A stretch of 64,000 bases of DNA from positions 22,693-86,692 of the forward strand of contig CANMAQ010000010.1 in assembly GCA_947495775.1 (NCBI GenBank), read 5' to 3'. The notes under the pieces were generated by a model that saw nothing but the letters and a program-made list of their open reading frames with translations, did not search any database and was not told where the DNA came from. The DNA comes from Tamlana algarum (GTDB lineage Bacteria; Bacteroidota; Bacteroidia; Flavobacteriales; Flavobacteriaceae). Positions 29,103 through 38,165 of the stretch are shown in pieces (within the stretch, counting starts at the first letter, position 1; each line of letters begins with the position of its first letter). Made by a program: the position numbers and the translations under genes.

Positions 29103-30653
29103 TTATTTCGAATAGATATTTAGTTTTCCATCTTCAGGAAATTCGTTGGACACCACTAAAAGTGTTTTACCATTAGGACTATCGACAGCAGGGATTATAA
29201 GTAATCCTTCTGGTGAAGTATTTCTTAAACGCTGTACAAATATTGGATTATGTACATCTGTGATGTTGTACACTAAAACATCGCCACTACGTTCTAACCC
29301 TATTACAGCAAACGTATTACCACCTTCTTCATAAGTAGTTACGGCTTCTGGTTCTGTACCTTTATCATCTGATCTGCCCTCGGGGTAACTGCCAAAATCG
29401 AAAAGTGTTTTTAGTGTAAATTCATTTCCTGAATCGAATACCAAATCACCTGTAGTACTCCAAATGGAAAAAGAACGCCCCCCATAGCCATAAATTTCGT
29501 CAAAATCGCCATCGCCATCAGTATCACCATTAGCAGTCGTTACTTTTAAACGTCCTAAATTTTCTTCTTGCTGTAACTCTGCTGCATTTGGAAATGCTTC
29601 AGGATCCAGATTTAAATCGTCACCGCGCGCTTCCTCAGAATAGCCCTCATAATCTCTAGCATCACCTTCGTTAGCAGAAATTATATATCCAGTGCCCGCA
29701 ACTTCAAAATACGCAATGGCATCGGGCTGATAATAACTTAATACAGGCCATGTATTAAGGTTACCAACACGATCGTCTCTGTTGCTCACATCAAAAAACG
29801 TTTCAGAAAAATCTTTTGTACCTAATGGATAAATAGCGGTTATCGTTTTAGAAGCTATATCTAATTTTGCGATGCCATTATTTTCTTGTAATGCAATAAA
29901 AGCGGTTTTAGAATCTGATGCTACGGCAATATATTCGGGTTCTACGTCTGCACTTAAATTAGCGCCTGGTCCAAATACACGAAACCCTTGGGCTTCTAAT
30001 ACTGCTTCTTGGGAATTAAAGGCATTAAAAGAAATTTGAGACACTGCTTTAGTCGCCACTTCTATTAAGGTTATAGAACCTTCTGGATCTATAGAGTATG
30101 CATCGTTAGGCTCGCCTTCATTAGCTGCAATAATATACTTTGCATCTGGCGTAAAAGTAATCATATCTGGCAGAGCACCAGCGTTAGCTTCTAAATATGG
30201 TATTGTAAGATTATCTGTTTTAAAAACAATAATCTTTCCGTTATCTGTAGACGTTTCTGCTTCTACTGCAAGCGCTAAAAAGCCATTTTTACTGGCTACA
30301 GAATTTATATTCCCGCCAAAAGCTGTAATATCTATAGGGTTTTGAAGTTGAGGGGCATTAACTTCGGCAATACGAATAACTTCTACCTGTTTGGCGCCAG
30401 CATTTGTAGCATATAGTGTTTGAGTTGTTGCATCATAAGTAGAGATTTCTGGTGTGCCTTCTACAAATTCCACGCTTGCTTGTGTTGTAAAAAGGGAAAC
30501 CCCCTGTCCGTTTTCTCCATCTTGTCCATCTTGCCCATTAGCGCCATCCAGTCCATTAGCGCCATCCATGCCATCGTCGGCACATGAAGATACTATTATA
30601 AAAAGCCCTAGAAATAACGATTTAATTACTGTTAATACGTTTTTAAGTGTCAT
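29103..30653 (-). CDS. choice-of-anchor I (alkaline-phosphatase-associated beta-propeller) lipoprotein with collagen-like repeats
   Basis: Lipobox SSC-ADD, Gly-X-Y run GMDGANGLDGANGQDGQDGENGQG, GALPDM, ANEGEP, EPEYIA, GRSDDKGTEPE. Confidence 0.85.
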   Translation of the reverse strand: MTLKNVLTVIKSLFLGLFIIVSSCADDGMDGANGLDGANGQDGQDGENGQGVSLFTTQASVEFVEGTPEISTYDATTQTLYATNAGAKQVEVIRIAEVNAPQLQNPIDITAFGGNINSVASKNGFLALAVEAETSTDNGKIIVFKTDNLTIPYLEANAGALPDMITFTPDAKYIIAANEGEPNDAYSIDPEGSITLIEVATKAVSQISFNAFNSQEAVLEAQGFRVFGPGANLSADVEPEYIAVASDSKTAFIALQENNGIAKLDIASKTITAIYPLGTKDFSETFFDVSNRDDRVGNLNTWPVLSYYQPDAIAYFEVAGTGYIISANEGDARDYEGYSEEARGDDLNLDPEAFPNAAELQQEENLGRLKVTTANGDTDGDGDFDEIYGYGGRSFSIWSTTGDLVFDSGNEFTLKTLFDFGSYPEGRSDDKGTEPEAVTTYEEGGNTFAVIGLERSGDVLVYNITDVHNPIFVQRLRNTSPEGLLIIPAVDSPNGKTLLVVSNEFPEDGKLNIYSK

Positions 30654-30736
30654 AATTTTGTGAGATTAATTAATTCACAAATATGAAACTAGCGTATCAA
30701 GCAAAGGTTAAGCCTATGAAAAATTAAAGTTAGTTT

Positions 30737-31621
30737 TTAACGGTTATTGTAACCAAAACGTTTCAGCTGATTTTGGTTACTACGCCAATTTTTATTCACT
30801 TTTACATATAATTCTAAATGAATTTTCTTGTCAAAAAAGACCTCTAGATCTTTTCTTGCTTCTACCCCTACACGTTTAAGCGCGCTGCCTTTATGCCCTA
30901 TAATGATACCTTTTTGGGTCTCGCGCTCTACCATAATCACAGAGCGGATTTTAATGATATTGGCCTCTTCAAAAAATTCTTCTGTTTCAATTTCTACAGC
31001 ATAAGGAATTTCCTTTTTATAGTGTAGCAATATCTTTTCTCGTATTTTTTCATTAATAAAAAAACGCTCTGGTTTATCTGTTAATTGGTCTTTTGGATAA
31101 AAAGGAGGTGAGACTGGTAATAGATCTATGATGCGATGAAACACTTCTTTAACATTAAAACCTTCTAAGGCAGAAATTGGAAAGATTTCTGCATTGGGCA
31201 CTTTTTGTGTCCAGAGTTGCACTTGTGCTTCTAGCTGTTCTTGATTAGAAATATCTATTTTGTTTAAAAGTAATAATACAGGAATTTTAGAGTTTGTTAT
31301 TTTTTTAAAGAAAGCATCATCCTTTAATTGTTGCTCTCCAATCTCTACCATGTAAATAAGTATATCTGCATCTTCGAATGCCGATTTTACAAAATCCATC
31401 ATAGATGCCTGTAATTCGTAAGCGGGTTTAATAATGCCAGGTGTATCACTTAACACCATTTGAAAATCATCGCCGTTAACAATGCCCAAAATACGGTGCC
31501 GCGTGGTTTGCGCTTTCGAGGTGATGATAGAGAGTTTCTCTCCAACAAAAGCATTCATAAGGGTTGACTTTCCGACATTAGGATTTCCTATAATATTTAC
31601 AAAACCTGCTTTGTGCTCCAT
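30737..31621 (-). CDS. era: GTPase Era
   Basis: GNPNVGKS, AQTTRHRI, DTPG, NKID, KH domain GIIIGHKG. Confidence 0.97.
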   Translation of the reverse strand: MEHKAGFVNIIGNPNVGKSTLMNAFVGEKLSIITSKAQTTRHRILGIVNGDDFQMVLSDTPGIIKPAYELQASMMDFVKSAFEDADILIYMVEIGEQQLKDDAFFKKITNSKIPVLLLLNKIDISNQEQLEAQVQLWTQKVPNAEIFPISALEGFNVKEVFHRIIDLLPVSPPFYPKDQLTDKPERFFINEKIREKILLHYKKEIPYAVEIETEEFFEEANIIKIRSVIMVERETQKGIIIGHKGSALKRVGVEARKDLEVFFDKKIHLELYVKVNKNWRSNQNQLKRFGYNNR

Positions 31622-31655
31622 ATAATTAAAAATTGGTATGCATTAATCTATTTGG

Positions 31656-31663
31656 CAAAAGTA
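31656..31663 (-). promoter_or_regulatory. -7 box TACTTTTG for era
   Basis: CAAAAGTA on the + strand. Confidence 0.55.
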
Positions 31664-31671
31664 CAAACAAA

Positions 31672-31700
31672 AAAAACAGGAAGTAGAACTTCCTGTTTTT
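31672..31700 (-). terminator. terminator after the FKBP gene
   Basis: AAAAACAGGAAG-TAGAA-CTTCCTGTTTTT. Confidence 0.8.
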
Positions 31701-31724
31701 GATATCCGACTAAAGTCTTAATTT

Positions 31725-32432
31725 TTACTTTTTAATCTCTAATAATTCTACATCGAAAATTAAAGTAGCGTAAGGCTTAATAGCGCCTCCTGGTCTTGGA
31801 TTTGCACCGTAAGCTAAATCTTGAGGAATGAAAAATTTGTATTTCGCACCTTCTTTCATTAATTGTAGGCCTTCTGTCCAACCTTTGATAACTTGATTTA
31901 CACCAAATTCTGTTGGCTCTCCTCTATCTACAGAACTATCAAAAACAGTACCGTCTATTAATGTTCCGTGGTAATGTACTTTTACTTTAGAATCGGCAGC
32001 TGGTTTTGCACCTGTACCTTCTTTTAAAACTTTATACTGTAAACCACTCTCTGTTACTTTAACTCCTTCTTTAGCTAAGTTTTCAGTTAAGAATTGAGCG
32101 CCTTCTACCTTATTCTTTTCACCTTCTGCTTTTCTTTTAGCAACTTCTTCTTGTTGCTTTTTTTGAAAATAAGCTTGTACAACTTGTTGTGCTTGTGTTT
32201 GATCTAACAGAATATCTGTAGAATCTATGACATTGTTATACCCTTGTATGAACAAATCGTTTTCGAAATTGTCAAAACTAGATTTTACATTTCTAGCGAC
32301 ATCCATTCCAATAGCATAGCTTACAGAGTCTAAAGCTGTTTTTAATTCTTTTTTTGTTACTGCTCCTGGCTTATTTTGGCATGAAGCCAATCCTATAATA
32401 GCTACCAAAAGTGATACTTTAATTAGTCTCAT
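31725..32432 (-). CDS. FKBP-type peptidyl-prolyl isomerase (FkpA/Mip-like) lipoprotein
   Basis: Lipobox [43 protein letters not shown]. Confidence 0.95.
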   Translation of the reverse strand: MRLIKVSLLVAIIGLASCQNKPGAVTKKELKTALDSVSYAIGMDVARNVKSSFDNFENDLFIQGYNNVIDSTDILLDQTQAQQVVQAYFQKKQQEEVAKRKAEGEKNKVEGAQFLTENLAKEGVKVTESGLQYKVLKEGTGAKPAADSKVKVHYHGTLIDGTVFDSSVDRGEPTEFGVNQVIKGWTEGLQLMKEGAKYKFFIPQDLAYGANPRPGGAIKPYATLIFDVELLEIKK

Positions 32433-32553
32433 TGTCTTGTTTTATTTTTAATTGTGGCCAAAAATAGCGAAATTAAACACATAAAAAAAAGTATTAACGT
32501 TCTATTTGGAAGAATGCCTTTTCATAAGAAAAAGCAGCGTTAACACACCAAAA

Positions 32554-35430
32554 TTAGTGCGGTGTAAATTCTACATCTGGAGTGAGTATAAATTTATCCA
32601 ATTCAAAACCATCTTCGCGCATAGAAAACATAACCACATGCTCTCCAGCGGTTTCAATATCCAAATAAATCGTTTTAGGTGTCCCACAATGGTTTTTCGG
32701 CACACGTTGCGCGGAAGACCAAGTCCACTTGCGTTTCCCTTTACACAGTTGAATTCTCTGTCCGCTTTCTGGCCAATGCCCGTCAACACCCACATGTACA
32801 CCATTATCTTCTGGACCGCTAGAATAAGCTTTTACCCAGACATAATAACGGCCAGGGGTTTTAATATGAACTTTATACCCAACGATACCTCCTGAGCCAG
32901 CTATAGGGAAAAAATTCTCTCCTCTAATTAACGGGTCCTTATGTTTTACTCTTGTATCTGGTAACGCTTCAATATAAGCTTCACCACTGGCTGTACTTGC
33001 ATGCAATTCGCTATTTAAAAAAGGGCTATGTGCTTTTGTTTTTTTAACATACCACTTTCGCAAACTCTTATTTGTTGTGTTCAAATGAAAGTGTTCTGCT
33101 TCAATTTCAAAAGTAGTACCACTTACCGCCTCTATGGCATTTGCAGCTTTCACTTTTTCTGCTTCTAAAATAGTGCTTTTAAGTAATGCCAAGCCATTCC
33201 AGCGCCCTCTAGACCAAGCCGTACCACCATGCTCTGGCAGTTTCCCATTGGTAGCCGCATTAGATCGTATGGTAATGGTATCGTTTGTTTTTAAATACAA
33301 GACCCCTAAATTAAGCTTTACATTTTCGAAAGATGCAGTCACTTCTGGATTTTCTACTTCCTTTACTAATGTTTTATTTAAATGTAAGCCATAAAGTGAT
33401 TCACCATCTTGTTCTGCCATACTATGTAAGACCACTTCATACATTCCTGTTTCACCTTTAAAAACAGTGTAGGCACTTGCAAAACCGTTTCGTTGTTCTA
33501 ATAAAGATGCTTTAATAGCTAGTGCTTTGTTTTTCTTATCCTTGTAATATATGGTTTTACCTTGAAGCGGAATAAAGTCGTTTAGTGCGTTTAATACCAT
33601 ACCTGGTGCTATATCTTTCTTTGTTTCGAGGCGTTCTGTGACATTAGTAATTAAAGCGACCCAATCTTTAGATTTTATTTTGTTTGGAGGCATCCCTATA
33701 GCAACCCATTTACCCCCCTTTATAAATTTGGCACTTCCATCTTGTAGTGCACCTCCAGTTCTAGGATTATACCATTGCACTCGATATTTACCAGAAAAGG
33801 CAGACAGGTTTAATTTTGTTTTTTCGATTTCAGGATAATACACAGCGTAAACCGCACCTTGTTTTGCAAACACATAGTCTTTAGGATTTTCTGTGAGTTT
33901 GTCTTGAGCACTCATTTCATGAAAAGGCAAGTGTGTCTTAAAAAAATCTAAAGCGTGCTTTGTTTGCTCCCAAAGTAGATCTCGAGAACGCCAATCTTCA
34001 CATTTTAAATCATTATGTGCAAATTTATAGCCAAAATACCATTCTACGCCAGCCCCACCAGCCATTAAATTCCCCCATAATACCTCTGTACGTATCTTAT
34101 TGTGTTCTGCATCGTCTGCATCTGGCTTTGCACCTTCGTGAGCTGGCCCTATCTCATCTTGAGTTACGACCCATGGTTGTCCAAATTCCTGCGAGGTGTT
34201 AATCCATTTTTTAGTAATACGATGCACATCTTCTGGTGCTTTAGTTTGCAAAGACGCCCCGTCTAAATATCTAAAACCTAATAATGGATTTAGTATGTGT
34301 TCTTGTGCATGAGGGGCCGCATGCGTATGTAAGGCTATAAAATTAGAATACGGATCGTGTGTTTTTATATAACGCGCCATAGCCCTTCTGTCTGCATCAT
34401 TCTGTGCTTTAGGCGACCAGTCTTGCCAGCCATTTTCTTCCCCTAAATTCCAGGTTATTCCTAAATGGTGCGCAAAACGCGCTATCAATTCGCGGTAATA
34501 CAATTTACGCTGCGTTTGCAATTCACCTATATCTAATAACAATTCATTTTCGGTCTCTTGCGTTACCATGTGTAGCATGATCCCTAAAGCATCCATATGA
34601 TCAAAAACCGCTTCCCATTGGTCTAGCTTACTACAATCAAAACGGTAACGTTCATTTTTAGAAGTCCAAGGCCAAACATCTTTACCGTCGCCTTGTACAT
34701 TCATTGTTAAAAAATATACCGAATTCATCCCTTTGGATGCCAAATAATTTAAAGCTCCAAAAATATTTTTCCCTTTGCCTTGCCCCCAAGTAGGATCCCC
34801 TATATTCCAATCTTTTGCGTGCGCTTCGTATTTATGAGACGCTGGAGTTTGGTCAAACTCATAATACGCTAAAAAATTCTCAGGACTGTCTGCGCCACCT
34901 TTCAAAAAAGGGGTTTTGCTACCTGTATATTTCAAATAACGTGTGCCATCATACTTTAACCGGCCTTTGGTTCTAAAATCAGATCCTGTTACATCTGCCT
35001 CCTCTACAACAAAACGCCCTTTAACACCGTTAAAACCTGTTGGAGTTCCTGCATACAAACTATCATTAATAGCGATATGCTTTCCTTTTCTAAAAAATAC
35101 TTCATACTCCCATTCACCAGAATCATCTGGTGTAAATCGCACTTGCCATACTTTACCCGATGACCCTCCTGTTGTTTTGGCATCACCATCTGCGGCATAA
35201 AACCCAGGCACTGTTACAGCATGTCCTTTATGTTTAAACAATACGTTTAAACGGTAATTCAAAAAAGGGTTATCGGCGTCATGCTCACTTAGAGTCTCGC
35301 CTTCAAAACTTAACGTTATTTTATGCCATTTCTTTAATGTCCCTTCTATTGAAACCTCTTGTGATAATGCTTCAAATCCTATAAAACTAGACAGGAATAA
35401 CATACAATTAAAAAACAATGCTCTGTTCAT
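32554..35430 (-). CDS. DUF5060 + TIM-barrel (DUF4038-like) + collagen-binding-like + two CBM-like modules; putative glycoside hydrolase
   Basis: WHKITLSFEG, PGFYAADG, WQVRFTPD, GADSPENFL, WNLGEENG, QDEIGP, WYNPRTGG, FEIEAEHF. Confidence 0.8.
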   Translation of the reverse strand: MNRALFFNCMLFLSSFIGFEALSQEVSIEGTLKKWHKITLSFEGETLSEHDADNPFLNYRLNVLFKHKGHAVTVPGFYAADGDAKTTGGSSGKVWQVRFTPDDSGEWEYEVFFRKGKHIAINDSLYAGTPTGFNGVKGRFVVEEADVTGSDFRTKGRLKYDGTRYLKYTGSKTPFLKGGADSPENFLAYYEFDQTPASHKYEAHAKDWNIGDPTWGQGKGKNIFGALNYLASKGMNSVYFLTMNVQGDGKDVWPWTSKNERYRFDCSKLDQWEAVFDHMDALGIMLHMVTQETENELLLDIGELQTQRKLYYRELIARFAHHLGITWNLGEENGWQDWSPKAQNDADRRAMARYIKTHDPYSNFIALHTHAAPHAQEHILNPLLGFRYLDGASLQTKAPEDVHRITKKWINTSQEFGQPWVVTQDEIGPAHEGAKPDADDAEHNKIRTEVLWGNLMAGGAGVEWYFGYKFAHNDLKCEDWRSRDLLWEQTKHALDFFKTHLPFHEMSAQDKLTENPKDYVFAKQGAVYAVYYPEIEKTKLNLSAFSGKYRVQWYNPRTGGALQDGSAKFIKGGKWVAIGMPPNKIKSKDWVALITNVTERLETKKDIAPGMVLNALNDFIPLQGKTIYYKDKKNKALAIKASLLEQRNGFASAYTVFKGETGMYEVVLHSMAEQDGESLYGLHLNKTLVKEVENPEVTASFENVKLNLGVLYLKTNDTITIRSNAATNGKLPEHGGTAWSRGRWNGLALLKSTILEAEKVKAANAIEAVSGTTFEIEAEHFHLNTTNKSLRKWYVKKTKAHSPFLNSELHASTASGEAYIEALPDTRVKHKDPLIRGENFFPIAGSGGIVGYKVHIKTPGRYYVWVKAYSSGPEDNGVHVGVDGHWPESGQRIQLCKGKRKWTWSSAQRVPKNHCGTPKTIYLDIETAGEHVVMFSMREDGFELDKFILTPDVEFTPH

Positions 35431-35627
35431 AATCTTTTATTTTTTCAAAAAGTGATACCTTAACACCACTAAAATTCGTTTCACGAAAATAAAAACATTT
35501 ATTAGTATTGAATCACTTATTCGTATTTTTAAACGCTGACACAAAATGGATTGCTTCGCGTATGTTCCTTTTTTCAGTCTCTACTAGCAGTCCTCTTTCT
35601 GTGCTATGCTCTAAATTTAAACATTAC

Positions 35628-36908
35628 ATGTGTCGTATACCTATATGTTTATGCCTGCTTTTTTGCGCTACTGGTTTTACTCAAAATGATGGCTGGATCG
35701 ATAAACACGAAGACGAAAATTATAGTGCCAGACATGAATGTTCTTTTGTACAAGCTGGCGTTACATTCGTTATGTTTGGTGGCCGGGAAGACGCGCAAAC
35801 ATTAGATGTCTATAACTTTAAAAAAAATACTTGGCAGAAAGGTGGTAAAGCACCAAAACCATTTAATCACTTTCAAGCCCTATTTTATGAAGGCTTTATT
35901 TGGGTAATAGGCAGTTTTGAAACCAACACATTTCCTAAAGAAATACCTGCAACGCATGTTTGGCTTTATTATCCGCCTACAAAATCTTGGATTAAAGGTC
36001 CTGAAATACCCGAAAACAGAAGACGTGGCGGCGCTGGCCTCGCAATTTATAATGATCTATTTTATTTGGTAGGCGGAAACACTATGGGTCATGATGGTGG
36101 CTATGTAAATTGGTTTGATCTTTACGATCCTATTGCTAATACTTGGACAATTCTTGACCATGCGCCTCATGCAAGAGACCATTTTAGTTTAATGGCTTAT
36201 AATAACAAACTATACACATTAGGCGGCAGACAATCTGGAGGTTTTGGAGGCGTTTTTCAACCGCTTATAGCTCCTGTAGATGTTTACGACTTAAAAGAGA
36301 AGTCATGGACTACTGAAACACAACTTCCTACACCGCGTGCGGCACCTGCTGTAGCTCTTTTTAATGACGAACTTTTTGTTATAGGTGGTGAAGGCACAAA
36401 AAAAGGTCCAGCATATCGTATTGTAGAAGCTTATAACCCCAAAACAAAACAATGGTCTCCTAAAGCAAAAATGACACACCCAAGACATGGCACTCAAGCG
36501 ATCACGTCTGGTCGTGGTATATACATTACAGGAGGCTCTCCTAAAAGAGGCGGTGGCAGACAGTTGCACATGGAAGTTTACAATAAAGACAACCCTCATG
36601 GCCAAACAATCGCTCTAACCAAATTGCAACTCCCTAGACGCATTACCTTTAAAAGAAATACAACACGTACGATTTTATTAAAACCAAAAAAGGGAAATAC
36701 AGGCTGTTTTATCTCTTCAATTGTTCTAAAGGGTAAAGACAAAAATGCATTTAAACTAAAAACACCGCATCATTTAACACTGTTAAAACACGGCAGCTCC
36801 TACCCCCTAATCCTACAACACAACGGCACCAATACGTTGGCCGAAGTTGAACTTGAAATCACATATAATGGAAACTTAACGACAAGCTCTAAATTACTTT
36901 TAGACTAG
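35628..36908 (+). CDS. secreted Kelch-repeat beta-propeller with a C-terminal Ig-like domain
   Basis: Start re-called at ATG 35628. Six GG...Y...W repeats (MFGGRE, VIGSF, LVGGN, TLGGRQ, VIGGE, ITGGS). Confidence 0.85.
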   Translation: MCRIPICLCLLFCATGFTQNDGWIDKHEDENYSARHECSFVQAGVTFVMFGGREDAQTLDVYNFKKNTWQKGGKAPKPFNHFQALFYEGFIWVIGSFETNTFPKEIPATHVWLYYPPTKSWIKGPEIPENRRRGGAGLAIYNDLFYLVGGNTMGHDGGYVNWFDLYDPIANTWTILDHAPHARDHFSLMAYNNKLYTLGGRQSGGFGGVFQPLIAPVDVYDLKEKSWTTETQLPTPRAAPAVALFNDELFVIGGEGTKKGPAYRIVEAYNPKTKQWSPKAKMTHPRHGTQAITSGRGIYITGGSPKRGGGRQLHMEVYNKDNPHGQTIALTKLQLPRRITFKRNTTRTILLKPKKGNTGCFISSIVLKGKDKNAFKLKTPHHLTLLKHGSSYPLILQHNGTNTLAEVELEITYNGNLTTSSKLLLD

Positions 36909-37117
36909 CAGTATTTTAAAAAGACGATGCCCCAAACTTTGCTTTATACATTTCTATTCCACGACTAAAACCCTATGAACTAAAAGGCTACAATGCTATT
37001 TAATGCTTATGATGCACCATGCGTTTTTAAATTGCATCATTTTTATCACATCTCTATTTTACATAAAGACACAATACTAATTATATTTACTACTCTACAA
37101 TAGAACATGATACTCTA

Positions 37118-38029
37118 ATGAAAATTGCTTTTATCAAAAGACTAACCCTACTCTGTTTTGCATTGAACGCTCTCGCATGTTCAAGCACTAAAGATCAAGA
37201 AGACCTCTTAAGAACAGAACGAGAAACACCTGAGACTCCAAAAATAACAGAAGCACCTGAGACTCCAGAAACTTCAGAAACCGACGGTGCTTGGGAACTC
37301 GTTTTCGAAGACGAGTTTAATACCAATTTAGACCAATGGAATATTTGGCAAGGCGGCGCTTTTAACAATGAAATTCAACTATACACTACAGAACAGTTAA
37401 CTTTAGAAAATGGACTATTAACCATAACTGCAGAACGTAAATCTGCTACTGGTGCGACCACCCCATTTAACACAACGCCAAAAGATTTTAATTATGTATC
37501 TGGTAGACTGGAAACAAAAACACAATTTGGGCCTTCTAATATAGAAGGTGAAAACGAATACCGTATAGTTTCACGTATTAAACTTCCTGAAGGCACTGGG
37601 ATGTGGCCTGCTTTTTGGACCTATGCAGATCCTTGGCCTACAAATGGTGAAATTGACATCTTAGAAGCAAGAGGCAATCGCAGAACAACCTTTCAATCAA
37701 ATATTTTTTATGGCACAGCACCTAACATGCCTTTGACAAAAGACGAAGACACTGCTAAAAACCATCAACTTAACACAGATATTACAGACAATTTTCACAC
37801 CTATGAATTGATATGGAAAGCCAATAGTTTGGACATTTTATTCGATAATGTGCTACTGCATACTTATATTGCAGACTCTAAGAATTTTGTGGCTGAACTA
37901 TTTGGCAAAAAACAACAAATAGCCCTCAATTTAGCTGTAGGCGGTGTATTTTTTGAAGGTATAAGTCAAAATCAATTTGTTAGCAGCGCTACCATGCAGG
38001 TGGATTGGGTACGCGTTTACAAAAAATAA
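37118..38029 (+). CDS. GH16 endo-beta-1,3-glucanase-like lipoprotein
   Basis: Lipobox LAC, ETP-repeat linker, WPAFW, catalytic EIDILE (ExDxxE), FHTYELIW, DWVRVY. Confidence 0.92.
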   Translation: MKIAFIKRLTLLCFALNALACSSTKDQEDLLRTERETPETPKITEAPETPETSETDGAWELVFEDEFNTNLDQWNIWQGGAFNNEIQLYTTEQLTLENGLLTITAERKSATGATTPFNTTPKDFNYVSGRLETKTQFGPSNIEGENEYRIVSRIKLPEGTGMWPAFWTYADPWPTNGEIDILEARGNRRTTFQSNIFYGTAPNMPLTKDEDTAKNHQLNTDITDNFHTYELIWKANSLDILFDNVLLHTYIADSKNFVAELFGKKQQIALNLAVGGVFFEGISQNQFVSSATMQVDWVRVYKK

Positions 38030-38165
38030 AATTATAAATCTACTATTGAAACTTTACAGAAGCTTAAAATTAAACGTTGCCAAACACTATAACCTTATTA
38101 ATATACAACCTCTTTTTTTAATACTATTAAGACGTTGTAACAAAGGTATAACACCTACATTATAT

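Noticed and set aside
30657-30681. TTTGTGA-N11-TCACAAA as a CRP site
   Set aside because: The spacer is 11 nt rather than 6; it may be just an AT-rich hairpin.
31725-32432. Calling the PPIase gldI
   Set aside because: It has the FkpA/Mip-type N-terminal dimerisation helix (DSVSYAIG) and no gliding-gene context.
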